Positions 1-7,955 of a stretch of 64,000 bases of DNA are shown here, in pieces. The stretch covers positions 3,248 through 67,247 of the forward strand of contig JAZTXK010000068.1 of NCBI GenBank assembly GCA_045636385.1. The letters run 5' to 3'. Every line of letters begins with the position of its first letter. Position 1 is the first letter of the stretch. The notes under the pieces were generated by a model. That model worked only from the letters and a program-made list of their open reading frames with translations, had not been told where the DNA came from and ran no database searches. The position numbers were made by a program, and so were the translations under genes. Source of the stretch: Eubacteriales bacterium (GTDB lineage Bacteria > Bacillota > Clostridia > Oscillospirales > CAG-272).

Positions 1-1091
1 GCGAGATTTTTATGCGCATTCAACTTATCAAGAGCCTCGTCAAGTGTCGTGATGCCTCTGAGGATCGGGAAAAAGGCGTCGATGCCGTGGAGATTGCACT
101 CCTCCGCGTCCTCGGTAACGCATCCCGCGAAGGCGAGGGTGCGCTTTCCGTGCTTTTTGGCAAGCTTGGCAACTCCGATGGGAGCCTTGCCCATAGCGGT
201 CTGAAAATCTATTCTACCCTCGCCCGTCACGACGACGTCAGCGTCGGCAATATGCTTTTCGAGCTCTGTTTCGTCCAGAATGATCGAGATTCCCGATTCG
301 AGAACGCCGCCGAGGAAGGTCATAAAGGCAAATCCGAGACCGCCCGCCGCGCCCGCACCGGGGTAATCGGGATCGGCATCGGGGAAAACGCTTTTTGCAA
401 TTTCAGCGTATTCGGCAAGACAAACGTCCATAAATTTTATCGATTCCGGTGTCGCACCCTTCTGAGGAGCGTAAACAGCACTACATCCGCGCTCTCCGCA
501 AAGGGGATTGTTGACGTCGCAAGCCACGCGGAAGCTGCACTCCCGAAGCTCGGGAATCGCATTTTCACCCGAAACAGACGAAAGATTTTCAAGTCCGCGT
601 GCACCCTGTGCAATCGGTTCACCGTTTTCATCAAGAAAATTAAATCCGAGCGCCGAGAGCATACCCGTACCGCCGTCGTTGGTCGCGCTTCCGCCGATAC
701 CGACGATGAAGGAGCGGCATCCGCGGCGGATGGCGTCGAGGATCAGCTCGCCTACGCCGTAGGTCGTCGTATTCATCGGATCGCGAAGCTCTGCGGGAAC
801 GAGCGGAAGCCCCGCCGCCTGAGCCATTTCAATAACCGCGGTCGAACCCTTGACTATGCAGTATTTTGCCGTAACGGGTGTACCGAGCGGTCCCGTGACC
901 TTGCATTCGATCATATCGCCGCCGAGACCTATCGCAAGCGCCTCGACCGTGCCCTCACCGCCGTCGGCGAGAGGACGAATGACGACTTCCGCGTCGCGAT
1001 CCGCCTTGAGCACGCCCTCGCGCACCGCCTCGCCAGCCTCAATAGAGGAAAGGCTTCCCTTAAAGGAATCTATTGCAATTACAACCTTCAT
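1..1091 (-). CDS. glxK: glycerate kinase (GlxK/GarK family); 3' end runs off the window
   Basis: Absent from the ORF track because no stop lies inside the window. My minus-strand translation from ATG 1091 reads MKVVIAIDSFKGSLSSIEAGEAV..RPLADGGEGTVEAL..GIGGSATNDGGTGMLSALG..VVTGEGRIDFQTAMGKAP, which are glycerate kinase blocks. ATGA start/stop overlap with the upstream gene. The + ORF 12..1244 is its antisense shadow. Confidence 0.85.
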   Translation of the reverse strand, partial: MKVVIAIDSFKGSLSSIEAGEAVREGVLKADRDAEVVIRPLADGGEGTVEALAIGLGGDMIECKVTGPLGTPVTAKYCIVKGSTAVIEMAQAAGLPLVPAELRDPMNTTTYGVGELILDAIRRGCRSFIVGIGGSATNDGGTGMLSALGFNFLDENGEPIAQGARGLENLSSVSGENAIPELRECSFRVACDVNNPLCGERGCSAVYAPQKGATPESIKFMDVCLAEYAEIAKSVFPDADPDYPGAGAAGGLGFAFMTFLGGVLESGISIILDETELEKHIADADVVVTGEGRIDFQTAMGKAPIGVAKLAKKHGKRTLAFAGCVTEDAEECNLHGIDAFFPILRGITTLDEALDKLNAHKNL

Positions 1092-2359
1092 TTCGTCACC
1101 ATAACCGAAACGCCGTCGGGGATCGCCGCGATCTTTGCGCCGTCGCCTACCAAGCCTTTCGCCTTTTCTATTGCCTCCGCGATCGAATGCGCGGGAATCA
1201 TATGCATATTTTCCACCACGTCATCGGGCATTTCCGAGACGTAGATCACGCGGGCGTGCGCGAGTATACGCAGAAGTATCTGCGTCTGCCATTGATCGGG
1301 AACCGTCTCATCGCGCCCGCGCGAGAGGAACTGCGCCATTGTCTTTGATATATCGGGCTCGTCGGCAAGCTGATGATAGAAATGATCGCCGCCGATTCCG
1401 TCGCCCGAGCGGGCAAGCATAATTATGACACCGCCCTGTCTGACGGTCGCCTCAGCCGCCGTCATACCCTTGACAGCCTGATACATATTCTGATCGAGCG
1501 GATAACCGCCGTTTGTGGTAATGACGATATCCGATTCGACCGCCTTCGCGCCGCATAGCGAAAGGAGAAAATCCGTGCCCTTTTTGTGCGCCGCCTCGCA
1601 GTCGCCCGCAACGGCGTAAATGACCTTCTTCTCGGAATCGAGAACGACGTTGACGATATATTCAAGCCTTGCCGTCTTTGCCGCCCAGAGCATATCCTCG
1701 TGGATCGGATTGCCCTCGAGAATGCCCGTCCGCGCGCGCGGATGGTCGATGAACTCGGAACAATGGTTTGCAAGAACCGTTTTTCTGCCCGCAACACCGG
1801 GGAGAACGCTCTTGCGTCCGCCCGAGAATCCCGCGAAGAAATGCGGCTCTATGAAGCCCTCGGAAACGAGCAGATCGGCTTCGTAGGCAAGACGGTTGAT
1901 CTCGCACTGACCGCCCGAGGGGAGCGTTCCGATATTCACGAGCATATCGCGCTCGTCACAATCGTGTATGTAAATTTTCTCGTTCTTTACTATCTCCTCG
2001 CCGAATTTGGCGACAAGCTCGTCCTTCGTCGTGCCTCTGTGGCAGCCCGTCGCGATCAGGATCGTGATATCCGCATCGGGATTGCCCGCTCTGATCTCGG
2101 AAAGCATCGGCGGAATGATCAGTCTGCTCGGCACGGGACGGGTATGGTCGCTTGCGATGATGACCACCTTTTTCTTACCGCGCGCAAGCTCGCAAAGTCG
2201 CGGAGAAGATATGGGCTTCGCCATCGCGCGGCGCACAAGCTCCGCGCCATCGGCTTCGGGTATGTATTCGTTTATCTTTGGCTCGAGGATGGCACACAGC
2301 TCGTCACCGAAGCCGTAGCTTATTTTTTCTTTACCGTAGGGGAAAAGGATATTTTTCAT
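1088..2359 (-). CDS. larA: LarA-family nickel-pincer-dependent 2-hydroxyacid racemase/epimerase (DUF2088)
   Basis: 423-aa ORF with LarA motifs in order: SDHTRP, ATGCHRG, EPHFFAGFSGGRK (His plus the Lys that tethers the nickel-pincer cofactor) and DQNMYQAVK. Substrate cannot be read from the sequence. Confidence 0.85.
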   Translation of the reverse strand: MKNILFPYGKEKISYGFGDELCAILEPKINEYIPEADGAELVRRAMAKPISSPRLCELARGKKKVVIIASDHTRPVPSRLIIPPMLSEIRAGNPDADITILIATGCHRGTTKDELVAKFGEEIVKNEKIYIHDCDERDMLVNIGTLPSGGQCEINRLAYEADLLVSEGFIEPHFFAGFSGGRKSVLPGVAGRKTVLANHCSEFIDHPRARTGILEGNPIHEDMLWAAKTARLEYIVNVVLDSEKKVIYAVAGDCEAAHKKGTDFLLSLCGAKAVESDIVITTNGGYPLDQNMYQAVKGMTAAEATVRQGGVIIMLARSGDGIGGDHFYHQLADEPDISKTMAQFLSRGRDETVPDQWQTQILLRILAHARVIYVSEMPDDVVENMHMIPAHSIAEAIEKAKGLVGDGAKIAAIPDGVSVMVTK

Positions 2360-2395
2360 ATTATCTTACCTTTTATAAAATGCGTTTTCGTTTAG

Positions 2396-3007
2396 TCAAG
2401 GAATCAAATAGAAGCACTCGATAGCCGAGCTGATAGCCTCGGCGCTGTCGCCGCTGAAGGTCACGCAGGCGAGGTAGCCGTTGCATTTGATGGCTACGAT
2501 CGTCTGGTACATCTTGAATTCTCCAAGCTCGGAGTTGACGTTAAGGCAGGTGAAATTCTCGGAACCGATCTTTACCTTTCCGATATTATGAGTAATATTC
2601 GTAAATCCCATATTGCCAAGGCCGAGCTTGATGGAGGGAACTGCATCCTCAAGGTAGGAGTCAATATTAAATGCGGTAAGCGCATTTATCTTCTCGAGAT
2701 TGACGCCGATCGTGCTGACCTGATTTGAATGAGATGCGAACATATCGTAGATGACGGATGCGGTGAGCATCTGTTTTCTGTATTCCTCGCCGGCAAGATT
2801 TGCGGCGACGTTGTTCTGCTCCATTATCTGCTCGTCGGAGAAGTAAGTCCATTCATCTCCAAGATCGCAGCCGATGCCGATGAAGGTGTTTTCATAGACA
2901 CTTCCGTTCACAGTTCCGAGCGAAAATTCGGGCTCGGGCTCTGATGAGCAAGCGGTGAACGACAGCAAAATCACAGCGGAAAGAATGATTGTTAATATAC
3001 GTTTCAT
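2396..3007 (-). CDS. lipoprotein, function unknown
   Basis: 203-aa ORF. Signal peptide MKRILTIILSAVILLSFTAC has a Cys lipobox. ATGA overlap with the upstream gene. Confidence 0.7.
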   Translation of the reverse strand: MKRILTIILSAVILLSFTACSSEPEPEFSLGTVNGSVYENTFIGIGCDLGDEWTYFSDEQIMEQNNVAANLAGEEYRKQMLTASVIYDMFASHSNQVSTIGVNLEKINALTAFNIDSYLEDAVPSIKLGLGNMGFTNITHNIGKVKIGSENFTCLNVNSELGEFKMYQTIVAIKCNGYLACVTFSGDSAEAISSAIECFYLIP

Positions 3008-4008
3008 TGGTTTATCTCCTTATTTTTTATTGCGACATACCCGCTATTCTCGATCAGCCTCTGCCCCTCGTCCGAGAGTATCCAATCGATCAGCACGGGA
3101 ATGTTGGGATTTGAGTTATCGGCGCGGTAGATGGCGTAAAATTTCGCAATGATCGGATAGGTTCCGTTTTGGATATTCTCCGCGCTCGGGTAGACGCCGT
3201 TCAGCGCGATCATCTTGACCGATTCGTTGCCGACGATGCCGTCCATATAATAGCGGAAGGAAAATCCGATCGACGCTCCGAAAATGGCAAGCGGCGACTT
3301 CGGCGCAGTCTTGCGGTCACCCATAAAGGAGTCCATCGCCGATTGGCTTCCGCTTCCCGCAAGACGGGTAACGGGATTTATGACTCGGTTCGCGCCGCCG
3401 ACCTGCGACCAATTACGGTATTCGCCCGCGTAGATCGAGCGTATCTGCTCGACAGTCAGCGAATCGACGGGGTTCTTTTCATTGACGAAGAAAACGAACG
3501 CCTCGAGTCCGACGGGAACGTAAACGAGTTCCACACCATGCTCCTCGGCATATTGCTTCTGCTCTGCCGAAGGTTCGGCACAGAAAAGGATGTCGGTCTC
3601 GCCGTCAACGATAGCCTTGTAGCCGCGGACGGTGTTTTTATATTGCATTTTCGAATCGGGCGCAAAATTCTCGCCATAATAATTGTCATCCGAGAATTCT
3701 CCGCCCTCGTACGTCACCGAGCCCTCGGGATAGACCGCGTTGACGATAGCGGCATAGACCGGCACGAGCGCGGCGGCACCGTCGAGCACGGGAAGGTCGT
3801 CTGTCAGCTTCAGAGAAGAATCGATCCGCGCGAGGTCGGAATTTTCGTTAAAGGGAAGGAATTTTGCAACGTCGATCATCTTCGCCTGCGAAGCCGAGCT
3901 GAAATTGTTCGCGAGCCGAGCGGTCAGGAGCATATAGATGCTGAAATTAAAGAGCGCAAAGGCGAGAACTATCGCTGTCGGCACTAAAAAAGCACGCCTT
4001 TTCATCAT
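3004..4008 (-). CDS. PstS-like (PBP-like 2) substrate-binding domain protein with N-terminal TM anchor
   Basis: ORF track gives 3004..4062. I prefer ATG 4008 (MMKRRAFLVPTAIVLAF) because GGAAGGGAG lies just upstream. Binding-protein-like blocks NPVTRLAGSGSQSAMDSF and IALNGVYPS..NGTYPI. Confidence 0.75.
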   Translation of the reverse strand: MMKRRAFLVPTAIVLAFALFNFSIYMLLTARLANNFSSASQAKMIDVAKFLPFNENSDLARIDSSLKLTDDLPVLDGAAALVPVYAAIVNAVYPEGSVTYEGGEFSDDNYYGENFAPDSKMQYKNTVRGYKAIVDGETDILFCAEPSAEQKQYAEEHGVELVYVPVGLEAFVFFVNEKNPVDSLTVEQIRSIYAGEYRNWSQVGGANRVINPVTRLAGSGSQSAMDSFMGDRKTAPKSPLAIFGASIGFSFRYYMDGIVGNESVKMIALNGVYPSAENIQNGTYPIIAKFYAIYRADNSNPNIPVLIDWILSDEGQRLIENSGYVAIKNKEINQ

Positions 4009-4149
4009 CACCAAAGCTCCCTTCCGATAAAATAGATTATCGAGCAATGCCGGTACGCCCAAATTGCGTAAATAATATGCGCGACGGTCAGAAGAATACA
4101 GACCGCAAGCACCGCGATAAGTAATTTATTAAAGGTCGAGGTTTTCATT

Positions 4150-4395
4150 TTACATAAAAGCAACTGCCGTGTAAATCATAATGACGAGGGCGGCGATCGC
4201 CACAAGCATTGCGCCCGCTATGAAAGAAAATACCGCAAGCGCAAATCCTCTGTTTTTCATCGCGCTCTCAGAATAGCTTCCGGGGACACTTTTGTTTTTC
4301 TTTTTTGCGTGAATATACATAAAAAGGCTGACCAAAAATCCGACGAGTGCCGCTGTCGGTATCATCACCAAGAGAGTTTGGGTTAAATAGATCAT
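4150..4395 (-). CDS. small membrane protein (two TM helices)
   Basis: 81-aa ORF with two hydrophobic helices around a KKKNK loop. GGAGG SD upstream. First gene of the minus-strand operon that ends in glxK. Confidence 0.5.
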   Translation of the reverse strand: MIYLTQTLLVMIPTAALVGFLVSLFMYIHAKKKNKSVPGSYSESAMKNRGFALAVFSFIAGAMLVAIAALVIMIYTAVAFM

Positions 4396-4418
4396 AAGTC
4401 GTCCTCCGTTTTTTCTAA

Positions 4419-4447
4419 ATTATATCACAGAATTTATTAAAATACAA
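4419..4447 (-). promoter_or_regulatory. sigma-A-type promoter for the 4395->1 operon
   Basis: Minus strand reads TTGTAT, 17 nt, TGaTATAAT (extended -10), about 25 nt upstream of the GGAGG SD. Confidence 0.5.
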
Positions 4448-4481
4448 TAAGGAATATACTTATTTTTATATTAAGACCAAA

Positions 4482-4503
4482 TAAAAAGCCGCCCGAGGGC
4501 GGC
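4482..4503 (-). terminator. rho-independent terminator
   Basis: Minus strand has hairpin GCCGCCC-TC-GGGCGGC followed by TTTTTAT, directly after the stop of the 4513..5001 gene. Confidence 0.65.
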
Positions 4504-4512
4504 GTGTCGGTT

Positions 4513-5001
4513 TTATCTCGGTTTCAATTCCGTTTCAACCACGCTGCCGTTTTCAAAGCGGATAAAGCCGTTTTGCTTATAAACCTCGGGGCAGAACGGT
4601 GTCGTCTCGGCTTTTTCATCCCCTTGCCAAAAACGGGAATCAAAATCCTTTCCGATTGACCATATTCCGGTATAATCGACGGGAACCGCTCCGAAGTCAT
4701 AGGAACAGCGATGCTTGTTGGGATAAGGACGGCAAGGCTCTGCACCCATAATTTTGCCCGCATTATGCAATAACGCAGGCTCGAATTCCAATCTGCACAA
4801 ATAAAGCGAACCATCCCTGACCTCATAAACCAAGAAGTAATCGCTGTATTCAAGCTTCTTTATCTTAAGACCGTGCGCCTTTACGTCAAAAAGCAGCGGC
4901 GGCTCACAGCTGAAAACCACGGTATCGGCATCGTAATTGTTAATTTGATTTGAATATTTGTATCCGTACAAATCTTTTCCGTAATGAACGCTGTTTTCCA
5001 T
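4513..5001 (-). CDS. hypothetical protein
   Basis: ORF track gives 4513..5058. ATG 5001 (MENSVHYGKDLYGY) has GGAGG 7 nt upstream. No motif recognised. Confidence 0.6.
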   Translation of the reverse strand: MENSVHYGKDLYGYKYSNQINNYDADTVVFSCEPPLLFDVKAHGLKIKKLEYSDYFLVYEVRDGSLYLCRLEFEPALLHNAGKIMGAEPCRPYPNKHRCSYDFGAVPVDYTGIWSIGKDFDSRFWQGDEKAETTPFCPEVYKQNGFIRFENGSVVETELKPR

Positions 5002-5138
5002 ATCGTTGACCTCCGGGCTTTTTGTTTTAATTATATCGCATTTTTCATAAAAAGTCAATCAATTAAGCCCATATTTTGCGCCGAACAGCCAAAAGCAAAA
5101 ATTTCCGCAAAAAAATCAAAAAAACTTTCAAAAAACTA

Positions 5139-5167
5139 TTGACAAACGCCCGCCTTTGTGGTATAAT
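5139..5167 (+). promoter_or_regulatory. sigma-A-type promoter of the tRNA pair
   Basis: TTGACA (5139-5144), 17 nt, TGgTATAAT (TATAAT at 5162-5167), about 28 nt upstream of tRNA-Thr. Confidence 0.65.
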
Positions 5168-5195
5168 ATCACTCGTCCAATACGGAACGCCAAAC

Positions 5196-5270
5196 GCTGG
5201 TGTGGCTCAATGGCAGAGCAGCTGATTTGTAATCAGCAGGTTGTTGGTTCGACTCCGATCACCAGCTCCA
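5196..5270 (+). tRNA. tRNA-Thr (anticodon UGU), CCA encoded
   Basis: Hand-folded cloverleaf: acceptor GCTGGTG/CACCAGC, D arm GCTC..GAGC, anticodon stem GCTGA/TCAGC with loop TTTGTAA, T loop TTCGACT, 3' TCCA. Confidence 0.9.
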
Positions 5271-5303
5271 AAAAAGTCCGCAGCGTAAAAGCGGACTTCA
5301 TAT

Positions 5304-5388
5304 GGGGGATTTCCCGAGCGGCCAAAGGGGGCAGACTGTAAATCTGTTGTCACTGACTTCGGTGGTCCGAATCCACCATCCCCCACCA
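5304..5388 (+). tRNA. tRNA-Tyr (anticodon GUA), long variable arm, CCA encoded
   Basis: Acceptor GGGGGAT/ATCCCCC, anticodon loop CTGTAAA, long variable arm, T arm GGTGG-TCCGAAT-CCACC, 3' ACCA. Confidence 0.9.
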
Positions 5389-5390
5389 AA

Positions 5391-5420
5391 AATCCGAAGA
5401 CTTTAGTCTTCGGATTTTTA
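5391..5420 (+). terminator. rho-independent terminator after the tRNAs
   Basis: Hairpin ATCCGAAGAC-TTTA-GTCTTCGGAT followed by TTTTTA. Confidence 0.7.
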
Positions 5421-5424
5421 ATTT

Positions 5425-5600
5425 GTGTCCGCAGGACACAACATCATTTGCGTGCTTGCCACGCAACATCATTTTGAGCGAAGCGAAAACTTCATTGTCC
5501 GCCCGGCGGACACAAAATGAAGTTACGGCTTTGCCGTAAATGAAGTTATGCTTCGCATAAATGAAGTCGGCTTCGCCGAATGATGTTGCGCTGCGCGCAA
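5425..5600. repeat. array of about 8 GC-rich mini-hairpins separated by AT-rich 8-mers
   Basis: Hairpins GTGTCC-GCAG-GACAC, TGCGTG..CACGCA, GTCCGCC-CGGCGGAC, TACGGC-TTT-GCCGTA, TATGC-TTCG-CATA, CGGC-TTC-GCCG, TGCGC-TGC-GCGCA. Linkers are ACATCATT x2 and ACTTCATT on the left; their reverse complements AATGAAGT x3 and AATGATGT are on the right. Confidence 0.6.
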
Positions 5601-5631
5601 ACGGACATATAATTTTGTTGGGGTGATAGTG

Positions 5632-5982
5632 ATGAAGGAAGATAAACTCGGTGAACTGTCAACTAAATTAGCCGTTGATGTTTTATCTCTTGTTAAAGAG
5701 CTTGAGGCTAAGAGAGAAAAGATCGTTTCAAATCAAATTGGCAGAAGTGCGACAAGTATTTGCGCGAATATTGCTGAAAGTAAATATGCTCACGGCAGAG
5801 CGGATTTTATTGCAAAGCTTGAAATCGCTTTGAAAGAAGCGAGTGAGACGGGCAAATGGTTGGAAATGCTTGTAAAATCGGATTATATCACAGAGGAGCG
5901 CTATAAACAGCTCAATAAAACTTGTTCCACAATAAGAATTTTGCTGATTGCATCATTAAAAACCGTAAAAGCCAACAGATAA
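5632..5982 (+). CDS. four-helix-bundle protein (23S rRNA intervening-sequence protein / Avd-like family)
   Basis: ORF 5623..5982; ATG at 5632. Family-typical sequence LAVDVLSLVKEL..IVSNQIGRSATSICANIAESKYAHGRADFIAKLEIALKEASETGKWLEML. Lower GC than the flanks. Confidence 0.8.
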   Translation: MKEDKLGELSTKLAVDVLSLVKELEAKREKIVSNQIGRSATSICANIAESKYAHGRADFIAKLEIALKEASETGKWLEMLVKSDYITEERYKQLNKTCSTIRILLIASLKTVKANR

Positions 5983-6009
5983 TATCATCTCAAACAAGTC
6001 CCATAACTC

Positions 6010-6041
6010 AAAAAATCCATCGCAAAGCGATGGATTTTTTT
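6010..6041 (+). terminator. rho-independent terminator
   Basis: AAAAAATCCATCGC-AAA-GCGATGGATTTTTTT. Confidence 0.7.
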
Positions 6042-6042
6042 A

Positions 6043-6125
6043 TCCAAGCCGCAGGCTTGGCATATCATCACGCGTAAGCGTGTATTTCCATAACAATCCC
6101 TTCGGAATTGATGATATCCAACGGC
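6043..6125. repeat. short run of mini-hairpins, same style as 5425..5600
   Basis: CCAAGCC-GCAG-GCTTGG and ACGC-GTAA-GCGT, separated by ATCATCA/TGATGAT-type AT-rich words. Confidence 0.4.
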
Positions 6126-6202
6126 TTCCCCAATGTTAATATGCAAATTAAATTTCGCATTCGTAGCAAGCCGAATATTTCACTTACTTCCTCTTTCCCC
6201 TC

Positions 6203-6231
6203 TTGCAATTCCTCTCAATATATGCTATAAT
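6203..6231 (+). promoter_or_regulatory. sigma-A-type promoter
   Basis: TTGCAA (6203-6208), 17 nt, TGcTATAAT (TATAAT at 6226-6231). Confidence 0.55.
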
Positions 6232-6267
6232 AATCAAAAATCAATTCGAGAGGAGCGCCGTCCACCG

Positions 6268-7071
6268 ATGAAGAAATTTGCTTACGATCACGATTTTCAT
6301 ATCCATTCCCGCCTTTCCTCCTGCTCACACGATCCCGAGCAGAGCCCCGAGCAGATTCTGCGCTACGCGGAGAATGAAGGACTTAACACAATAGTCCTGA
6401 CCGACCATTTCTGGGACGAGCGAGTCGAGGGCGCATCGAAATGGTATTCAAAGCAGGATTATCCCCATATTTCTCAATCCAAACCGCTCCCGCAGAGCGA
6501 TGGGATACGTTTTCTCTTCGGCTGTGAGACCGATATGGACAAAAATCTGACTCTCGGTTGCTCACGCGAGCGTATGGAGGAGCTTGACTTTATCGTCGTT
6601 CCTACGACTCATTTTCATATGACTAACTTCACGATGACGGAGGAAATGCTTGCCTCGCCCGAGACACGCGCAGAGTGGTGGGTAAAGCGCATCGACGCGC
6701 TCCTCGCTATGGATCTGCCCTTCCACAAGATCGGTCTTGCGCACATGACCTGCGGACTTATCTGGCGAGGCGATCACGAAAAGCTGCTCGCAACAATCAA
6801 CGCGATCCCCGATTACGAAATGCACCGCGTTTTTGAAAAAGCGGCGAAGGTCGGTATGGGCATCGAGCTCAACGTCTGGGATATGCATTACAGCGAGAAT
6901 GATCGCGACACTCTGCTTCGCCCCTACCGCATCGCAAAGGCGGAGGGATGCAAGTTCTACTGCGGCACCGACGCGCATACGGGCAAGGAATTCGTCGACG
7001 TCCGCCGCTGGTTCGAGCGCGGAATCGAGGACCTCGAGCTGACCGAGGACGATAAGCTTATAATCAAATAA
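6268..7071 (+). CDS. PHP-domain metal-dependent phosphoesterase
   Basis: ORF track 6133..7071. ATG 6268 follows GAGAGGAG. N-terminus MKKFAYDHDFHIHSRLSSCSHD has the PHP HxH motif; later TDHFWD and GTDAH blocks. Confidence 0.75.
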   Translation: MKKFAYDHDFHIHSRLSSCSHDPEQSPEQILRYAENEGLNTIVLTDHFWDERVEGASKWYSKQDYPHISQSKPLPQSDGIRFLFGCETDMDKNLTLGCSRERMEELDFIVVPTTHFHMTNFTMTEEMLASPETRAEWWVKRIDALLAMDLPFHKIGLAHMTCGLIWRGDHEKLLATINAIPDYEMHRVFEKAAKVGMGIELNVWDMHYSENDRDTLLRPYRIAKAEGCKFYCGTDAHTGKEFVDVRRWFERGIEDLELTEDDKLIIK

Positions 7072-7181
7072 TTCGATTTGCTGACATATCCGAGTGCTAT
7101 CGGAGTTAATGAAATAACAGATGATTTAATGTGTTTCGGCGGATATGACCGTTCGTCTGCACGTGGAAAAAGGAGATTTTT

Positions 7182-7955
7182 ATGAAAATAGGTGTTTGTG
7201 CCAATTACGACCGCTGGGGTATTATTGCCGCCGCGGGATATGATTACGTTGAAGGTAATTTCTCGAAGATCGCAACGGCGACGGATGAGGATTTTGAGAA
7301 AATGAAGCTTGCTCTTGATGCTTCGGGCATTAAGATGGAAGCGACGAACGGCTTCTTCCGCGGTGAGTTTCAGCTTTATTCAAAGGATGATTTTGAGACC
7401 GTAAGGAAAAACGTCCGCGAATACTGCGAGATAGGCTTTGCGCGCGGCGCGGAGCTCGGGCAGAAGGTTGCCGTCATCGGCTCCTCGGGCGCGAGAAATA
7501 TCAGAGACGGGTATACAAAAGAGGAGGCGGAGGAGCAGTTCTGCGAGGTGCTTCGCATCTGCGGCGAGGTCGGCGCGAAATACGGCGTTGCAGTAACCGT
7601 CGAGCCTCTCAACACCAAGGAGACAAACTTTATCATCACCTTTGCCGACGGTCTTGACATCGTGAAAAAGACCAATCATCCGAATGTTCTGGCGATGATC
7701 GACCTTTACCACCACGCGCAGAACGGCGAGGAACTGTCAACACTCGACGGCACGGAGGGCGTGCTCGTCCATGCTCACCTTGCGCGCGCGGACAGAGAAA
7801 CGCCCATCCCCGGCGACGAGGCGGAGATAGATCCGAAGATCGCGTACCTGAAGCAGGTCGGCTACGACAGCCGTATAAGCCTCGAATCGCGCCATACGCC
7901 TGACTTTGAGACTGCGATCAATAACGCATATCCGCTTATGGCGAAATACAGATGA
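7182..7955 (+). CDS. sugar phosphate isomerase/epimerase (xylose isomerase-like TIM barrel)
   Basis: 257-aa ORF with AGGAG SD. TIM-barrel family pattern (VTVEPLN, IDLYHH, VHAHLA). Confidence 0.75.
   Translation: MKIGVCANYDRWGIIAAAGYDYVEGNFSKIATATDEDFEKMKLALDASGIKMEATNGFFRGEFQLYSKDDFETVRKNVREYCEIGFARGAELGQKVAVIGSSGARNIRDGYTKEEAEEQFCEVLRICGEVGAKYGVAVTVEPLNTKETNFIITFADGLDIVKKTNHPNVLAMIDLYHHAQNGEELSTLDGTEGVLVHAHLARADRETPIPGDEAEIDPKIAYLKQVGYDSRISLESRHTPDFETAINNAYPLMAKYR

Noticed and set aside
12-1244. 410-aa + strand ORF, the longest ORF at the left edge.
   Set aside because: Arg/Ala-rich junk composition. It lies exactly antisense to a clean glycerate kinase reading frame on the minus strand, which has an ATGA junction with the larA-like gene. 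It is a shadow ORF typical of GC-rich codon third positions.
4008-4148. 46-codon ORF (MKTSTFNKLLIAVLAVCILLTVAHIIYAIW..) filling the gap between two operon genes.
   Set aside because: It is hydrophobic and neatly bridges the gap (1 nt after the upstream stop, TGATG junction downstream). But it has no Shine-Dalgarno site and is too short to support without comparative or ribosome-profiling data.
5425-5982. Diversity-generating retroelement, suggested by the Avd-like gene plus nearby repeats.
   Set aside because: No reverse transcriptase gene and no template/variable repeat pair with adenine-specific differences. The repeats are short palindromes.
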